A stretch of 64,000 nucleotides of DNA from Phycisphaerae bacterium (GTDB lineage Bacteria; Planctomycetota; Phycisphaerae; UBA1845; Fen-1342). Below the pieces are notes generated by a model. That model ran no database searches, was not told the origin of the DNA, and worked only from the letters and a program-made list of their open reading frames with translations. Made by a program: the position numbers and the translations under genes. Numbering within the stretch: the first letter of the stretch is position 1; the number at the start of each line of letters is the position of its first letter. The DNA lies in contig JASFQK010000004.1 in assembly GCA_050115495.1 (NCBI GenBank), positions 1 to 64,000 on the forward strand, written 5' to 3'. Below, piece by piece: positions 1-8,631 of the stretch.

Positions 1-126
1 TCGACACGCACAATGACGACCCCAAGCCATTCGTCTGGACTGCCGACCTCCAGGATATCTTGCCGAAAATCACGCGCACGCACGCAGCGTTCGATAAGTC
101 ATCGAACTAATGAGGCACTACACTAG
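1..126 (+). mobile_element. 3' end of an IS630-family transposase (stop 108-110) and right IS end
   Basis: Frame from nt 3 reads DTHNDDPKPFVWTADLQDILPKI...*, matching the typical IS630 C-terminal HNxxPKPFxWT motif; followed by ...ACTACACTAG with TA at 124-125, as at IS630 ends. Confidence 0.75.
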
Positions 127-276
127 GACCCGCCGCGCGCCAAAGTAAAGCGCGGTCTGAGAACATTGGGCGGGATTTAACACAGGTGGGGCCGCGGTCG
201 TACGGGACGTTTGCGTGCCCCCCTGTGCAGCCGACATATGACCTGACCCGGCTCGGCGAGGGTCGGCGCGTTCGGT

Positions 277-711
277 TCACTGGACCTTCGCGCGCGTCTT
301 CGTGCCGCATTCCGGGCAGCGGCCGCTGACGTTGCCGGTGAGGTCGTAGCCGCACTTCAAGCAATGGTGCGGACGGCGTTCCTGTCGTCGGTGTTCGAGC
401 GTGGAGGAGACGACCACAACGACGAGGCCGACGAACGGCGCGAAGATAGTGGTCGCCACCGCGGCGCCCACTCCTGCCGTGAAGTCCCCAATCTCGTACC
501 AGTCGTCTGGGTGTAACGCACCGTAGAGGAGGGCTGTCGCGTATCCCACGGGAACGGCGCACGCAACCTGCGTGATCATCGCCGTGAGGGTCAGCCAGAC
601 CGGACGGATGGGCAGGTGACGCCGGCCGGCCTCTATGCATGCGTATAGCACAAACACCAGGCAAATCACGATGGGAGGCCCGACGAGCACGAACAGGATG
701 GGGCCGTCCAT
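277..711 (-). CDS. Membrane protein with C-terminal zinc ribbon
   Basis: Three hydrophobic segments then CLKCGYDLTGNVSGRCPECG, a motif common in planctomycete proteins. Confidence 0.8.
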   Translation of the reverse strand: MDGPILFVLVGPPIVICLVFVLYACIEAGRRHLPIRPVWLTLTAMITQVACAVPVGYATALLYGALHPDDWYEIGDFTAGVGAAVATTIFAPFVGLVVVVVSSTLEHRRQERRPHHCLKCGYDLTGNVSGRCPECGTKTRAKVQ

Positions 712-749
712 GATGCCTCGTCACTCTGTCCGGCACTGCTGGCCGCGGT

Positions 750-1580
750 TCAGGTTCCGACCATCGCCCGAGCGACCGCGCGGAAGTCGCGAAGGTTCTC
801 GGGCAGCGGGTCGGAGTGCCATTCCGCGCCGCGGACGGTGTTGTCCCAAACCGCTCTCATGCCGAGGAATGCCAGGACCCCGCCGACAACCGACAGGAAG
901 CACGGCCCCCCGATCAGCAGATGCAGCAGGATCGTGCTCGCCGCGATGATGATGAGGACCAGGAGGACACGCCCGTCGCTCTCCAGGCCCTCCGTCAGCC
1001 TGTCCGTCCACGTCGGTCGCAACGGCGGCAGCCGGTCTTCGGAGATCCAACGCAACCGTTCCCACACTTGCCGGAGGCATCGTCCGCGGATCACGTCTGC
1101 CACGGGCGTGCTCGGGGCGAAACGTGGCGTTCCGGGCTGCATCGCCGCGACGGTGTGCTCGATGACGCCGAACGCTCCCGCCGTCAGGCAGGGCTTGCCG
1201 AGCACGACCACGGGCTCCAGGGTCGGGGCCGATGCGCGGCCGGCGATGAACCGCGCGAATTCTGCGAAGGTACAACGAGGCCCGTACTCGGCTTCCCACT
1301 TGGCTCTGCTGCGCACGTCCATGCCGAAATGCTGCTTCCATTCCGGCAGCGATTGTCGCTTCCAGGCGAGCCACACCGCGCGCGGATGGCCACAGAAGCG
1401 GTCGAGCTCGAACAGCACATCGGACAGATCGATGTCGTCCAGCCCTTTCTGTTCCAACCACCGGTCGACCCGCGTGTTCGGATCGTCCGGCATCTCCTCC
1501 GTCAGGCAGCGTTTCCACACGCGGCGCATTCCGCGCATGACCTGTTCCGGCGTAAGCCCCCGCGTTTCTTTCGTGTCCAT
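750..1580 (-). CDS. Hypothetical membrane protein with acyl-carrier-like segments
   Basis: GLDDIDLSDVLFELDRFCG...TFAEFARFIA resembles ACP helices; two C-terminal TM segments; start placed at MDTKE. Confidence 0.6.
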   Translation of the reverse strand: MDTKETRGLTPEQVMRGMRRVWKRCLTEEMPDDPNTRVDRWLEQKGLDDIDLSDVLFELDRFCGHPRAVWLAWKRQSLPEWKQHFGMDVRSRAKWEAEYGPRCTFAEFARFIAGRASAPTLEPVVVLGKPCLTAGAFGVIEHTVAAMQPGTPRFAPSTPVADVIRGRCLRQVWERLRWISEDRLPPLRPTWTDRLTEGLESDGRVLLVLIIIAASTILLHLLIGGPCFLSVVGGVLAFLGMRAVWDNTVRGAEWHSDPLPENLRDFRAVARAMVGT

Positions 1581-2049
1581 CGGTTGCCCTCCACACGGGA
1601 ATGTGGGGATTGTGACCCGGGCCGGTTGTTTCAGCAAGGTCGTGGGAGAGAGGCTCGGCTCACGCCCACGCCGGGTGAGCGCGCCAGTCGGCGGTCAAAC
1701 CCATCCGCTCGCGTGCGGAAGGGGCCCGGCAGCAGCCGCGCACAGGAAAACCGGCCCTTTATGCGCATCGCCAGGGGCGAGAGGCGCGGCGGGTATGTTG
1801 ATGGAAGTATCCGGCGGCAGGCGGGCGGTGTCGAGTCGGCACACGTGAATTCGCGAACGCTGACCGAGCGTGGCGGGGATTTGTTTGATAATGCTGCCCC
1901 GCGGTGCGACGAGGGAATGTTCGACGGGAAGAAACCGCGGCAGCTCGTCGGCCCCGTCCGAAGTCGCCGGGTAGACGGGGCGACCACGGGCAGGTGTACC
2001 GACGAGCTGTGCCGCGGAGGAGGTCCTTGGGTACGTTCGTGTGTGCTGC

Positions 2050-2075
2050 CGCGGGCCGTTCGACAGCGGCCCGCG
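2050..2075 (-). terminator. GC-rich hairpin downstream of the dockerin-tailed gene
   Basis: CGCGGGCCG-N8-CGGCCCGCG 17 nt past the stop; no clear U tract. Confidence 0.4.
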
Positions 2076-2092
2076 ACAGCAGGTTCCTGAGT

Positions 2093-3505
2093 CTACGAAG
2101 GCAAGGCCAATGCGCCGGTGCAGTTCGCCTGGAGCACGATGAAGTCTTGGAGGTCGACGTCGCCGTCGTGGTCCAAGTCTGCTGCCGCGCAGCCCGATGC
2201 GTGCGGGCAGTCCGGGCAGGACAGGCAATCGGCCAGGAGTTCGAGATCCACGCTGTCGATGTCCAGGTCACCGTCCATGTCGCCCGGGCCGCACACCCGC
2301 AGGTTGTCGAAGAACGTGTGGCCGTCGGCCAAGTCGCCGAACTCCTGCGTGATCTCGATCCCGAGCGCCAGTTCGTGTGTGCCGGAGAAGCTACGCACGT
2401 CCGCGTATTGATTGGGGTACTCGCGCACATCGCGGCCGAACCACAGCTTTTCGCCGTCCACGGCTACGTATGCCAGGCTGCTGTGGTCGTTTTGATGGAT
2501 GGACACGTCGAACCAGACGGCCAGCACATCGGTGAGGTCCACCGTCTGGTAGAACTCGAGCAGGTCGCCCGGATAGTGGCCGCCGTTGTAGCGGGAGGCG
2601 AACATGTAGAGCGAGAAGTCTCCGTCGGACACGTAGTTCCATTCGGGGTTGTTGATGAACGCCTCGCCGTGACCGTTGACGTTTCCCACGCGTCGCCACT
2701 GCCAAGACTCGGGCATGCCGCGATAGGGTGGGCCGTCGGTCCAGCCGCCGTTGGGCATCTCGCCGGCCCATTCGATCTCGAAGCTGGGGTTGCTGATCAC
2801 GCCCTCCTGTGGCAGTGCGGCGCCGTAAAGCTGGAAGGTCAGGTCAACGGGCTGCCAACCGGTGGGGAGACTACCACTATACGTGGTGATCACGCCCAGT
2901 GGATTCCTGCCCCAGTGCACCCAGTTCTCGCCGTCGGCCGAGAACGCCGCGGGGCCACCGTCCTGGAAGCCGGGCTGACGATGGCTCCAGTTGAACTCTT
3001 CCATCCCGAACACGTCGTGGCGAACCTGGACACCGACCCAGTACACGACGGGGTTATCGGGAGTGCCTTGCTGCAGGAAGCGATAATACTCGGGCAGTGT
3101 GATGTGGAATTCGCCGCCGCCCGCGTCGTACCAGCCGTAGTGGTTGGGGTCGCTCGGGTTGGCGACCGGCAGCCACCCGCTGTAGTAGAGCAATTCGCCA
3201 GGGTGGCTGTCGCCGTCTTCCGACGCCGGGACGTCGGCCCAGAAGAACACCTCGACGCCCAGGTTGTAGGGGTCGTCGATACCGCGAACGTGGATCTCAG
3301 AGATGCGGCCGGGCTCGGTGCAGACGAAATCGTCGGCACAGAGGAAGTAGAAATTGGCGTCGCCATCCCGCCAGCTTGGAGCGCGGAAGTAGTCGACGGG
3401 GCCGTATTGGTCGATCTTGAGCGGATCTCCCCAACCTGCCACGGCAGGTGTGACGATCAACAGCAGGGCCAAAAGACGCAGGAGCGAACCGAGTCGAGCA
3501 TTCAT
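2093..3505 (-). CDS. Secreted protein with C-terminal dockerin-like/EF-hand pair
   Basis: Signal peptide ending AVA-GWG; N-domain ADDFVCTEPGRISEIHVRG; central ISNPSFE beta-sandwich-like domain; C-terminal GDMDGDLDIDSVD...ADLDHDGDVDLQDF. Confidence 0.85.
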   Translation of the reverse strand: MNARLGSLLRLLALLLIVTPAVAGWGDPLKIDQYGPVDYFRAPSWRDGDANFYFLCADDFVCTEPGRISEIHVRGIDDPYNLGVEVFFWADVPASEDGDSHPGELLYYSGWLPVANPSDPNHYGWYDAGGGEFHITLPEYYRFLQQGTPDNPVVYWVGVQVRHDVFGMEEFNWSHRQPGFQDGGPAAFSADGENWVHWGRNPLGVITTYSGSLPTGWQPVDLTFQLYGAALPQEGVISNPSFEIEWAGEMPNGGWTDGPPYRGMPESWQWRRVGNVNGHGEAFINNPEWNYVSDGDFSLYMFASRYNGGHYPGDLLEFYQTVDLTDVLAVWFDVSIHQNDHSSLAYVAVDGEKLWFGRDVREYPNQYADVRSFSGTHELALGIEITQEFGDLADGHTFFDNLRVCGPGDMDGDLDIDSVDLELLADCLSCPDCPHASGCAAADLDHDGDVDLQDFIVLQANCTGALALPS

Positions 3506-3626
3506 GTCACTGACTCCGCAGAAGACTAAACGAGACTGGCCTGACGGGTCCTGACACGCGTCGTTGGCCAACAACTGCACGAACGCTTACTCAGACAACA
3601 CAGGCGCGTCGCTCTGCGGCGGTGAG

Positions 3627-4421
3627 CTACCGCCGGCGAACGACCATCAGCCCGCCCAGCATCAACAGGGCCAGCGTCGTCGGCTCGGGCGTGCCGTACA
3701 CCTGAAGCTCCATGTCCACCGAGCGCCAATCGTCGGGCAGCGTGCCGGCGTAGGAACCGAATTCCCAGTGGTCGCCGTTGAACGAGTCCTCTACGTAGTG
3801 GGCGCCCAGGTGCTGCCAGTTCCCGCCGCCATCGGTGTTCCCGACGACCGCGCCGCTGAGGTTGTGGATGTCGGGCGGGTTGGGCTCGTCGTTGCTGAGG
3901 TTATCGCGATGGCTCCAATAGAACTTCTCGATGTGGAAGATGTCGTGCTCGGGCTGCACACCGACCCAATAGGTGACCGGGTTGCTGGCTGAGCCCACCT
4001 GGAGGAACCAGTCGTCTTCAGGGAGGGTGATGCAGAACTCCCCGGTGCCCGTGTCCCACCAACCTACCTTGTTTGGGTCGCTGCCACTGGCAGTGCCCAG
4101 GTCCCAGGACTTGAGCAGCTCGCCCGGATGGGCGTCCTCGTCCGTCGTTGCCGGGATATCCGCCCAGATGAACACGCGGACGCCGAGGTTGTAGATATCG
4201 TCCACACCACGCACGCGGATCTCATTGATCCAGCCGGTCTGCGTGCAGAGGAAGTCGTCCGCCACCAATTGCCCGCCGCCCATGGTGCTCCACCAGCTTT
4301 CGGTCCTCCGGCCGTGGGGGTCGGGGTTGTCGAACTGATCCCACTTAACCGGATGGCCCCAGCCGGCCAGTGCTGCCGCACTCAGCGTGCTCATCGCCAT
4401 AATCGCAATCATCGTCCTCAT
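3627..4421 (-). CDS. PEP-CTERM sorting domain protein
   Basis: AGGAGGAG RBS, signal peptide, C-terminal TPEPTTLALLMLGGLMVVRRR; N-domain paralogous to 2093-3505. Confidence 0.92.
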   Translation of the reverse strand: MRTMIAIMAMSTLSAAALAGWGHPVKWDQFDNPDPHGRRTESWWSTMGGGQLVADDFLCTQTGWINEIRVRGVDDIYNLGVRVFIWADIPATTDEDAHPGELLKSWDLGTASGSDPNKVGWWDTGTGEFCITLPEDDWFLQVGSASNPVTYWVGVQPEHDIFHIEKFYWSHRDNLSNDEPNPPDIHNLSGAVVGNTDGGGNWQHLGAHYVEDSFNGDHWEFGSYAGTLPDDWRSVDMELQVYGTPEPTTLALLMLGGLMVVRRR

Positions 4422-4428
4422 AGCAGAT

Positions 4429-4653
4429 CTCCTCCTCACGAAAGGACTACGGGCGACACCCCGTACAGGGCGTGTCGTCAGGATCCGCCGGCGCAGAAGA
4501 CAAACCGCTGCGAGATCGCAAGTCTCGCGCTTCCCGCACCACGGGCAACCGCTCAGGCCCTCCAGGTCTTGCTGTCGGTTTGTGCGTGCGCCGGGGAGCC
4601 ATGTCACGACAGAACGTCAGGATATGAGTGAGTGTCTCGGTCACAAACGCATA
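4429..4653 (-). promoter_or_regulatory. Duplicated control cassette, copy A (operator-like repeat, degenerate promoter, structured leader, RBS)
   Basis: Aligns without gaps to 5318-5542 at offset 889; manual count 106/140 identical in the leader and 22/26 in the repeat block. Confidence 0.8.
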
Positions 4654-4825
4654 CAGGTCGATTCTGATGGGGAGTGCAGCGAGTGAGAAATGGTTGGACG
4701 TCCCCATGGGTCAGAACCTCATTCGTGCCGAGCGACCTTTCGAACACCAGGACGCCGAGATCGTGCGACTGGCCGTACGAGCGCTGGCTCAATTTGGCAC
4801 AGACGCATCGCACTGCGCCCGTGGA

Positions 4826-5311
4826 CTACCGCCGGCGAGCAAGCGTGAGCCCGCCCAGGACCAGCAGAATCAGCGTCGCTGGCTCTGGGACCTGGTGGAA
4901 GTTCGTGACGTCCATATGGCCGGTGTCGTAGGCGCTGTCCAACGACCAAATACCGATGTCAAACGAATCGCCGGCCGTCAGGTTCAGCGAGAGGCTGCCG
5001 ATGGTATGGCCCGAACCGTCAGCGAACTCCGTCTTGTCCCCGTTGATGCGATAGAAGGCGGCCTCGAAGCCGTCGTCCGTCCAGTAGTCGAAGTCGAACG
5101 TGAGCACGCCGGTGGCCGGGGCGATGCCGCTGAAGAAGCCCTCGGATTCTTGAAGCCCAGGGCCCCCGGGGCCATCCACATGCATCGCATCCGGCGAGTA
5201 CAGCGTGCCGGAGCCGTATCCGTTCCACACGAAACCGAAATCGTCGATGTCAGCGGCGCCGGCGACGGCGGCCAGGACTCCCAACAGCATCAGGGCAACA
5301 ACTCGTCTCAT
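4826..5311 (-). CDS. PEP-CTERM sorting domain protein
   Basis: Signal peptide, strong RBS, C-terminal VPEPATLILLVLGGLTLARRR. Confidence 0.92.
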   Translation of the reverse strand: MRRVVALMLLGVLAAVAGAADIDDFGFVWNGYGSGTLYSPDAMHVDGPGGPGLQESEGFFSGIAPATGVLTFDFDYWTDDGFEAAFYRINGDKTEFADGSGHTIGSLSLNLTAGDSFDIGIWSLDSAYDTGHMDVTNFHQVPEPATLILLVLGGLTLARRR

Positions 5312-5317
5312 GGTTTC

Positions 5318-5542
5318 CTCCTCCTCTTGCGAGGACTACCGACGACACCCCACGCAGGGCGCCTCATCACGATCGGGCGGTGCGGAAGACCATTCGCCGC
5401 GAAACCTCGGGTCTCGCACTTCCGCGACCACGGGCCACCGCTCAGGCCCACCGGATCGCGATTTCGATCGTAGCGATTGCCGAGGGGGCATGTCAAGATA
5501 AAATGTCAGGATATAATTAAGTGCCTCTGAATAAAATGGTTA
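5318..5542 (-). promoter_or_regulatory. Duplicated control cassette, copy B, with sigma70-like promoter
   Basis: Minus-strand TTGACA-N18-TACGAT; tandem TATC(C/T)TGACAT repeat overlapping -35; hairpin-rich leader; homologous to 4429-4653. Confidence 0.8.
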
Positions 5543-5595
5543 CGTGCGAAATAATGGTATGGACATGCCCGGGCGGAAGTCGCTAGAATGTCGGC

Positions 5596-6843
5596 ATGGC
5601 GCAGAAGCTCAGTGATGCCGAGCAGTCCTTCGAGAACCAGGCCGCCGAGGTCATGCAGCGTGTGCGCGCCGCCGTCGAGCACCTCGTCACGCGCGTCACC
5701 GGCCGCACGCACACGCGCAGCTCGGACCTGGTCGACGCGCTGACCGTCGATCCGCGTCTGGCGTGGAAGTTCGTCAAGATCATTCAGCCGGGCGACCCGC
5801 TGGCCGCGATCCGCTACGTGCCCGGTCCGCGCGGCATCAAGCTCTTCCTGAATGCGGCGGCGCGGCGGCCGGGCGTGGCCCCGGCCATCGCCGCTGCCAA
5901 GGAAGCTTTCGGCGACTTCGAAGCACTGGTGCGGCGTGAGGGCGGCGACCGCCGATCGTTCGACATGATGGTCGCCGGCCACAGTCAGACCGACCGCGGC
6001 GACGTCGACCTGGAGCACCGCAAGGGCGCCTTCACGCACAACAGCTACATCTGGGGTGTGCAGGCCCGCGCCCAGATTCACACGTATCTGGTGCAACCGT
6101 CCGGCGACGGTGAGCATCTGGACGCGGCGGTGGTGCGCGGCTTCGTGCGCTTGCGGCGTGTGCGGCCCCATACACCGTGGCGCATCTCACGCTTCTACAC
6201 CATCGACGATTCCGGCGAGGTGCACGGCGAGTTCGCACGCTCGCCCATCGATCCGCCCGACGAGGACGCGGTGCCTCTCTTGCGGCGGTTCTGCTCCAAG
6301 CCAATGCCCCAGGTCCGGCGAGAGGTCGGGCCGCATGCCGTGATTGACTACGTGCTGGCGGAGTCGGACGTGGGCAACACCGGAGCGGTCACGTGCCTGA
6401 CCGGCGAGCTGATCCGCAAGGCGGAGCCCTGTTTCGCCGACGACTTGCACGCCGTGCTCGGCACGAAGACGCCGCTGCGCACGCCGTGCGAGGTCGTCGT
6501 GGCGGACCTGTTCCTGCGTCGTGACTTCTTCGGGCAGATATCGCCGTCGCTCCGGCTGGTCAGCGACCTGTTCAGCGAGCGGATGGGCATTATCTATGGG
6601 CCGACGGATCAGCTCCCGCTGCAGGATCAGGTCGAGTCTCTGGGCGGCGGGCCGTACGTCGCGCCGATGCCGGAGATGCCGCGCTACGCGGAAATGATCC
6701 AGCACTGCGGCGATCGCCTGGGGTGGAACCTCGAGCAGTTCGACTGCTACAGGGTGCGGGTCCAGTACCCGCCAGTGCCCGCCGCGCTGGTGGTTCACTC
6801 GCCGCTGCCGCCGCGATCACGCGAAGCCGACGCGACCGGCTGA
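5596..6843 (+). CDS. Uncharacterised protein, putative HTH transcriptional regulator (paralog 1)
   Basis: 415 aa; RSSDLVDALTVDPRLAWKFV is HTH-like; full-length similarity to 9903-11141; TGGACA-N18-TAGAAT ends 6 nt before ATG. Confidence 0.7.
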   Translation: MAQKLSDAEQSFENQAAEVMQRVRAAVEHLVTRVTGRTHTRSSDLVDALTVDPRLAWKFVKIIQPGDPLAAIRYVPGPRGIKLFLNAAARRPGVAPAIAAAKEAFGDFEALVRREGGDRRSFDMMVAGHSQTDRGDVDLEHRKGAFTHNSYIWGVQARAQIHTYLVQPSGDGEHLDAAVVRGFVRLRRVRPHTPWRISRFYTIDDSGEVHGEFARSPIDPPDEDAVPLLRRFCSKPMPQVRREVGPHAVIDYVLAESDVGNTGAVTCLTGELIRKAEPCFADDLHAVLGTKTPLRTPCEVVVADLFLRRDFFGQISPSLRLVSDLFSERMGIIYGPTDQLPLQDQVESLGGGPYVAPMPEMPRYAEMIQHCGDRLGWNLEQFDCYRVRVQYPPVPAALVVHSPLPPRSREADATG

Positions 6844-6985
6844 GGTCACGCCCGGCCCGCGATAGCTGCACTCCCTGCCTTCTTCTCACAGCAAGCCGCC
6901 GCATCCCTCACTCATAGTCGACGGTCGGCCCGCCGCACGGGACGATTCTGTCGTTCATTGTCGCCGTGGGTTTCGCCGGTCTCAT

Positions 6986-7573
6986 GTGTCGGAGTATATG
7001 ACGGACGTGGAACCAGCCTGCCGGCCGGCGGCGGAGTTCGTGCGGATGAGCCAGGCACGCGGAGAAGAGGGCATCGCGGACATGATCCAAACGTATCGCG
7101 ATACGGTGCACCCCCTCTACGAGTTCGTTGCCCGGCGGGCCGGACGGTCTCGGCAGTTGGCCGAGGACGTCACGCAGGAAACGTACCTGCGGGCCGTTGT
7201 GCAGTGGCGAAACGGGCGGCCGCCCGATAATGCGCTGGCCTGGCTGCAAACCGTCGCCCGCCGGCTGCTGCTCAATCACTACCGCCGAAAGAGCCCCGCG
7301 TCGCTCGACGGCCTGGATCTCGCGCAGGTGCTGGAGACGGCGCCGGTGGCGGGGCCCGATGCGGCGGCCGTGGTGTACTGGGGTCTGTCGCGGCTGGGAC
7401 GCGGTCCACGCCGACTGCTCGAGGCGTTCTATATCGAGGGTGCATCGACCCGAGCCATCGCGACGGAGCTCGGCGTGTCCGAGCGGGCTGTCGAAGGCCG
7501 TCTCCGCCGAGCGCGGCAGGCGTTGAAGAAACGATTGATGCCGATCATGCCAGAGCATGGAGACCAATCATGA
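6986..7573 (+). CDS. ECF RNA polymerase sigma factor
   Basis: LAEDVTQETYLRA, WLQTVARR (sigma2); IATELGVSERAVEGRLRRAR (sigma4). Confidence 0.92.
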   Translation: MSEYMTDVEPACRPAAEFVRMSQARGEEGIADMIQTYRDTVHPLYEFVARRAGRSRQLAEDVTQETYLRAVVQWRNGRPPDNALAWLQTVARRLLLNHYRRKSPASLDGLDLAQVLETAPVAGPDAAAVVYWGLSRLGRGPRRLLEAFYIEGASTRAIATELGVSERAVEGRLRRARQALKKRLMPIMPEHGDQS

Positions 7574-8517
7574 ATGCGGAAGCTATGCCGAATCCGGAGT
7601 TCGTGAAGTTCCTCGAGTGGCAACTCGAATCTACCGTTCGTCGCCAGAAGACGCTCAACGGCACGCCACGAGCGGCCAAGCTCGTGCGCTCCCGGGTGGG
7701 TACGATGTTGGCCCTCGCCGTTGTGTCCATGTTCATCGGCGGCAGCGGCACCTACGCCGCTACGCACCGCAGCGACAGGGTGGCGGCGGAGTTGTACATA
7801 GCCCGCGGCGAAGCGATGCTGGAGATCGCCCGAACGCTAGAGCAGTACGCGGGCCGCGATCTGGACCACGTACGCTCGCTCCGCGAAGCGGGTATGGTGA
7901 TGGCCCGGGAGGTGCTGCGGGCGGAAGCCCGGTACGTAGAAACACAGTCGGTCGTCGAGACCCGCGAATTGGAGCTCACCGAGACGCGCCTCACCGGCAA
8001 GGAGCCGAATGACGGCTTGGCCGCCCCGCGCGTCGACGGTTGCGATTTCGTGTCCGAGCGCCTGGCCGTTCGCCGGCCGCCGCTGGAAGCGCAGCTCAAG
8101 TTCGCGGTCACCGTGGCGCAGCGCAAGCAGGTGCTTGTCGAGAGCGGTTTGGCGATGGCGACCGAGTTGAAGGACGCTCAGGCCCATGTCGCCGATATCC
8201 AGGCGAACCTGGACGACCTGGACCAGCGCCTGACGCTACGGGCGTCGTTCCTGGCCGGCGAGTTGTCCGCGCGGGAGGTGGAGCTCCAGGGCATGCGTCT
8301 GTCGGCAAGTGTCGCCCGCGAGGCGGCGACTCGGCGGCTGGCAGTAGTCACCGAGCAGCACCAGCGGCGGGCGGATCTGGCGGAATGCGGCATGGTCCAC
8401 GAGACGGAGCTGCGGGCCAGCGAGGCGACGCTGCGCACAATCCAGGCTGAGGTGGAGCTCGCGGAGCTGGAACTGCGCATCATCGATGAGAAGATCGCGG
8501 AAACGCCGGACGAATAG
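7570..8517 (+). CDS. Putative anti-sigma factor, single TM with helical-hairpin extracytoplasmic region
   Basis: ATGA overlap with ECF gene; short N-terminal domain, one TM, repeated LxExG(M/L)x...E(L/V)xxA motifs. Confidence 0.65.
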   Translation: MNAEAMPNPEFVKFLEWQLESTVRRQKTLNGTPRAAKLVRSRVGTMLALAVVSMFIGGSGTYAATHRSDRVAAELYIARGEAMLEIARTLEQYAGRDLDHVRSLREAGMVMAREVLRAEARYVETQSVVETRELELTETRLTGKEPNDGLAAPRVDGCDFVSERLAVRRPPLEAQLKFAVTVAQRKQVLVESGLAMATELKDAQAHVADIQANLDDLDQRLTLRASFLAGELSAREVELQGMRLSASVAREAATRRLAVVTEQHQRRADLAECGMVHETELRASEATLRTIQAEVELAELELRIIDEKIAETPDE

Positions 8518-8566
8518 ACGCGGCTGCTACCGCCGACGCCGGCGGTGCAGCATGGGATACATCACA

Positions 8567-8602
8567 GAGGGCCGACCGGCGCTGGTGTGCCGATCGGCCC
8601 TC
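8567..8602. terminator. Hairpin between convergent genes
   Basis: GAGGGCCGACCGGC-N8-GCCGATCGGCCCTC. Confidence 0.55.
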
Positions 8603-8631
8603 CGGCCAGGTTGGAGATGGGGAGCGTGGTC

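Noticed and set aside
1700..1760. GGAAGG..GCAGC resembling the SRP RNA core
   Set aside because: Spacing and flanking helix do not fit the CAGG..GNRA..AGCAG consensus
1904..3529. Long antisense or alternate-frame ORFs (also 8545-9759, 24893-26842, 35975-38434, 48569-50704)
   Set aside because: Shadows of well-supported genes in high-GC DNA; no recognisable motifs
5366..5440. Possible leader peptide in the duplicated leader
   Set aside because: Stop is conserved but start codons are absent in copy A
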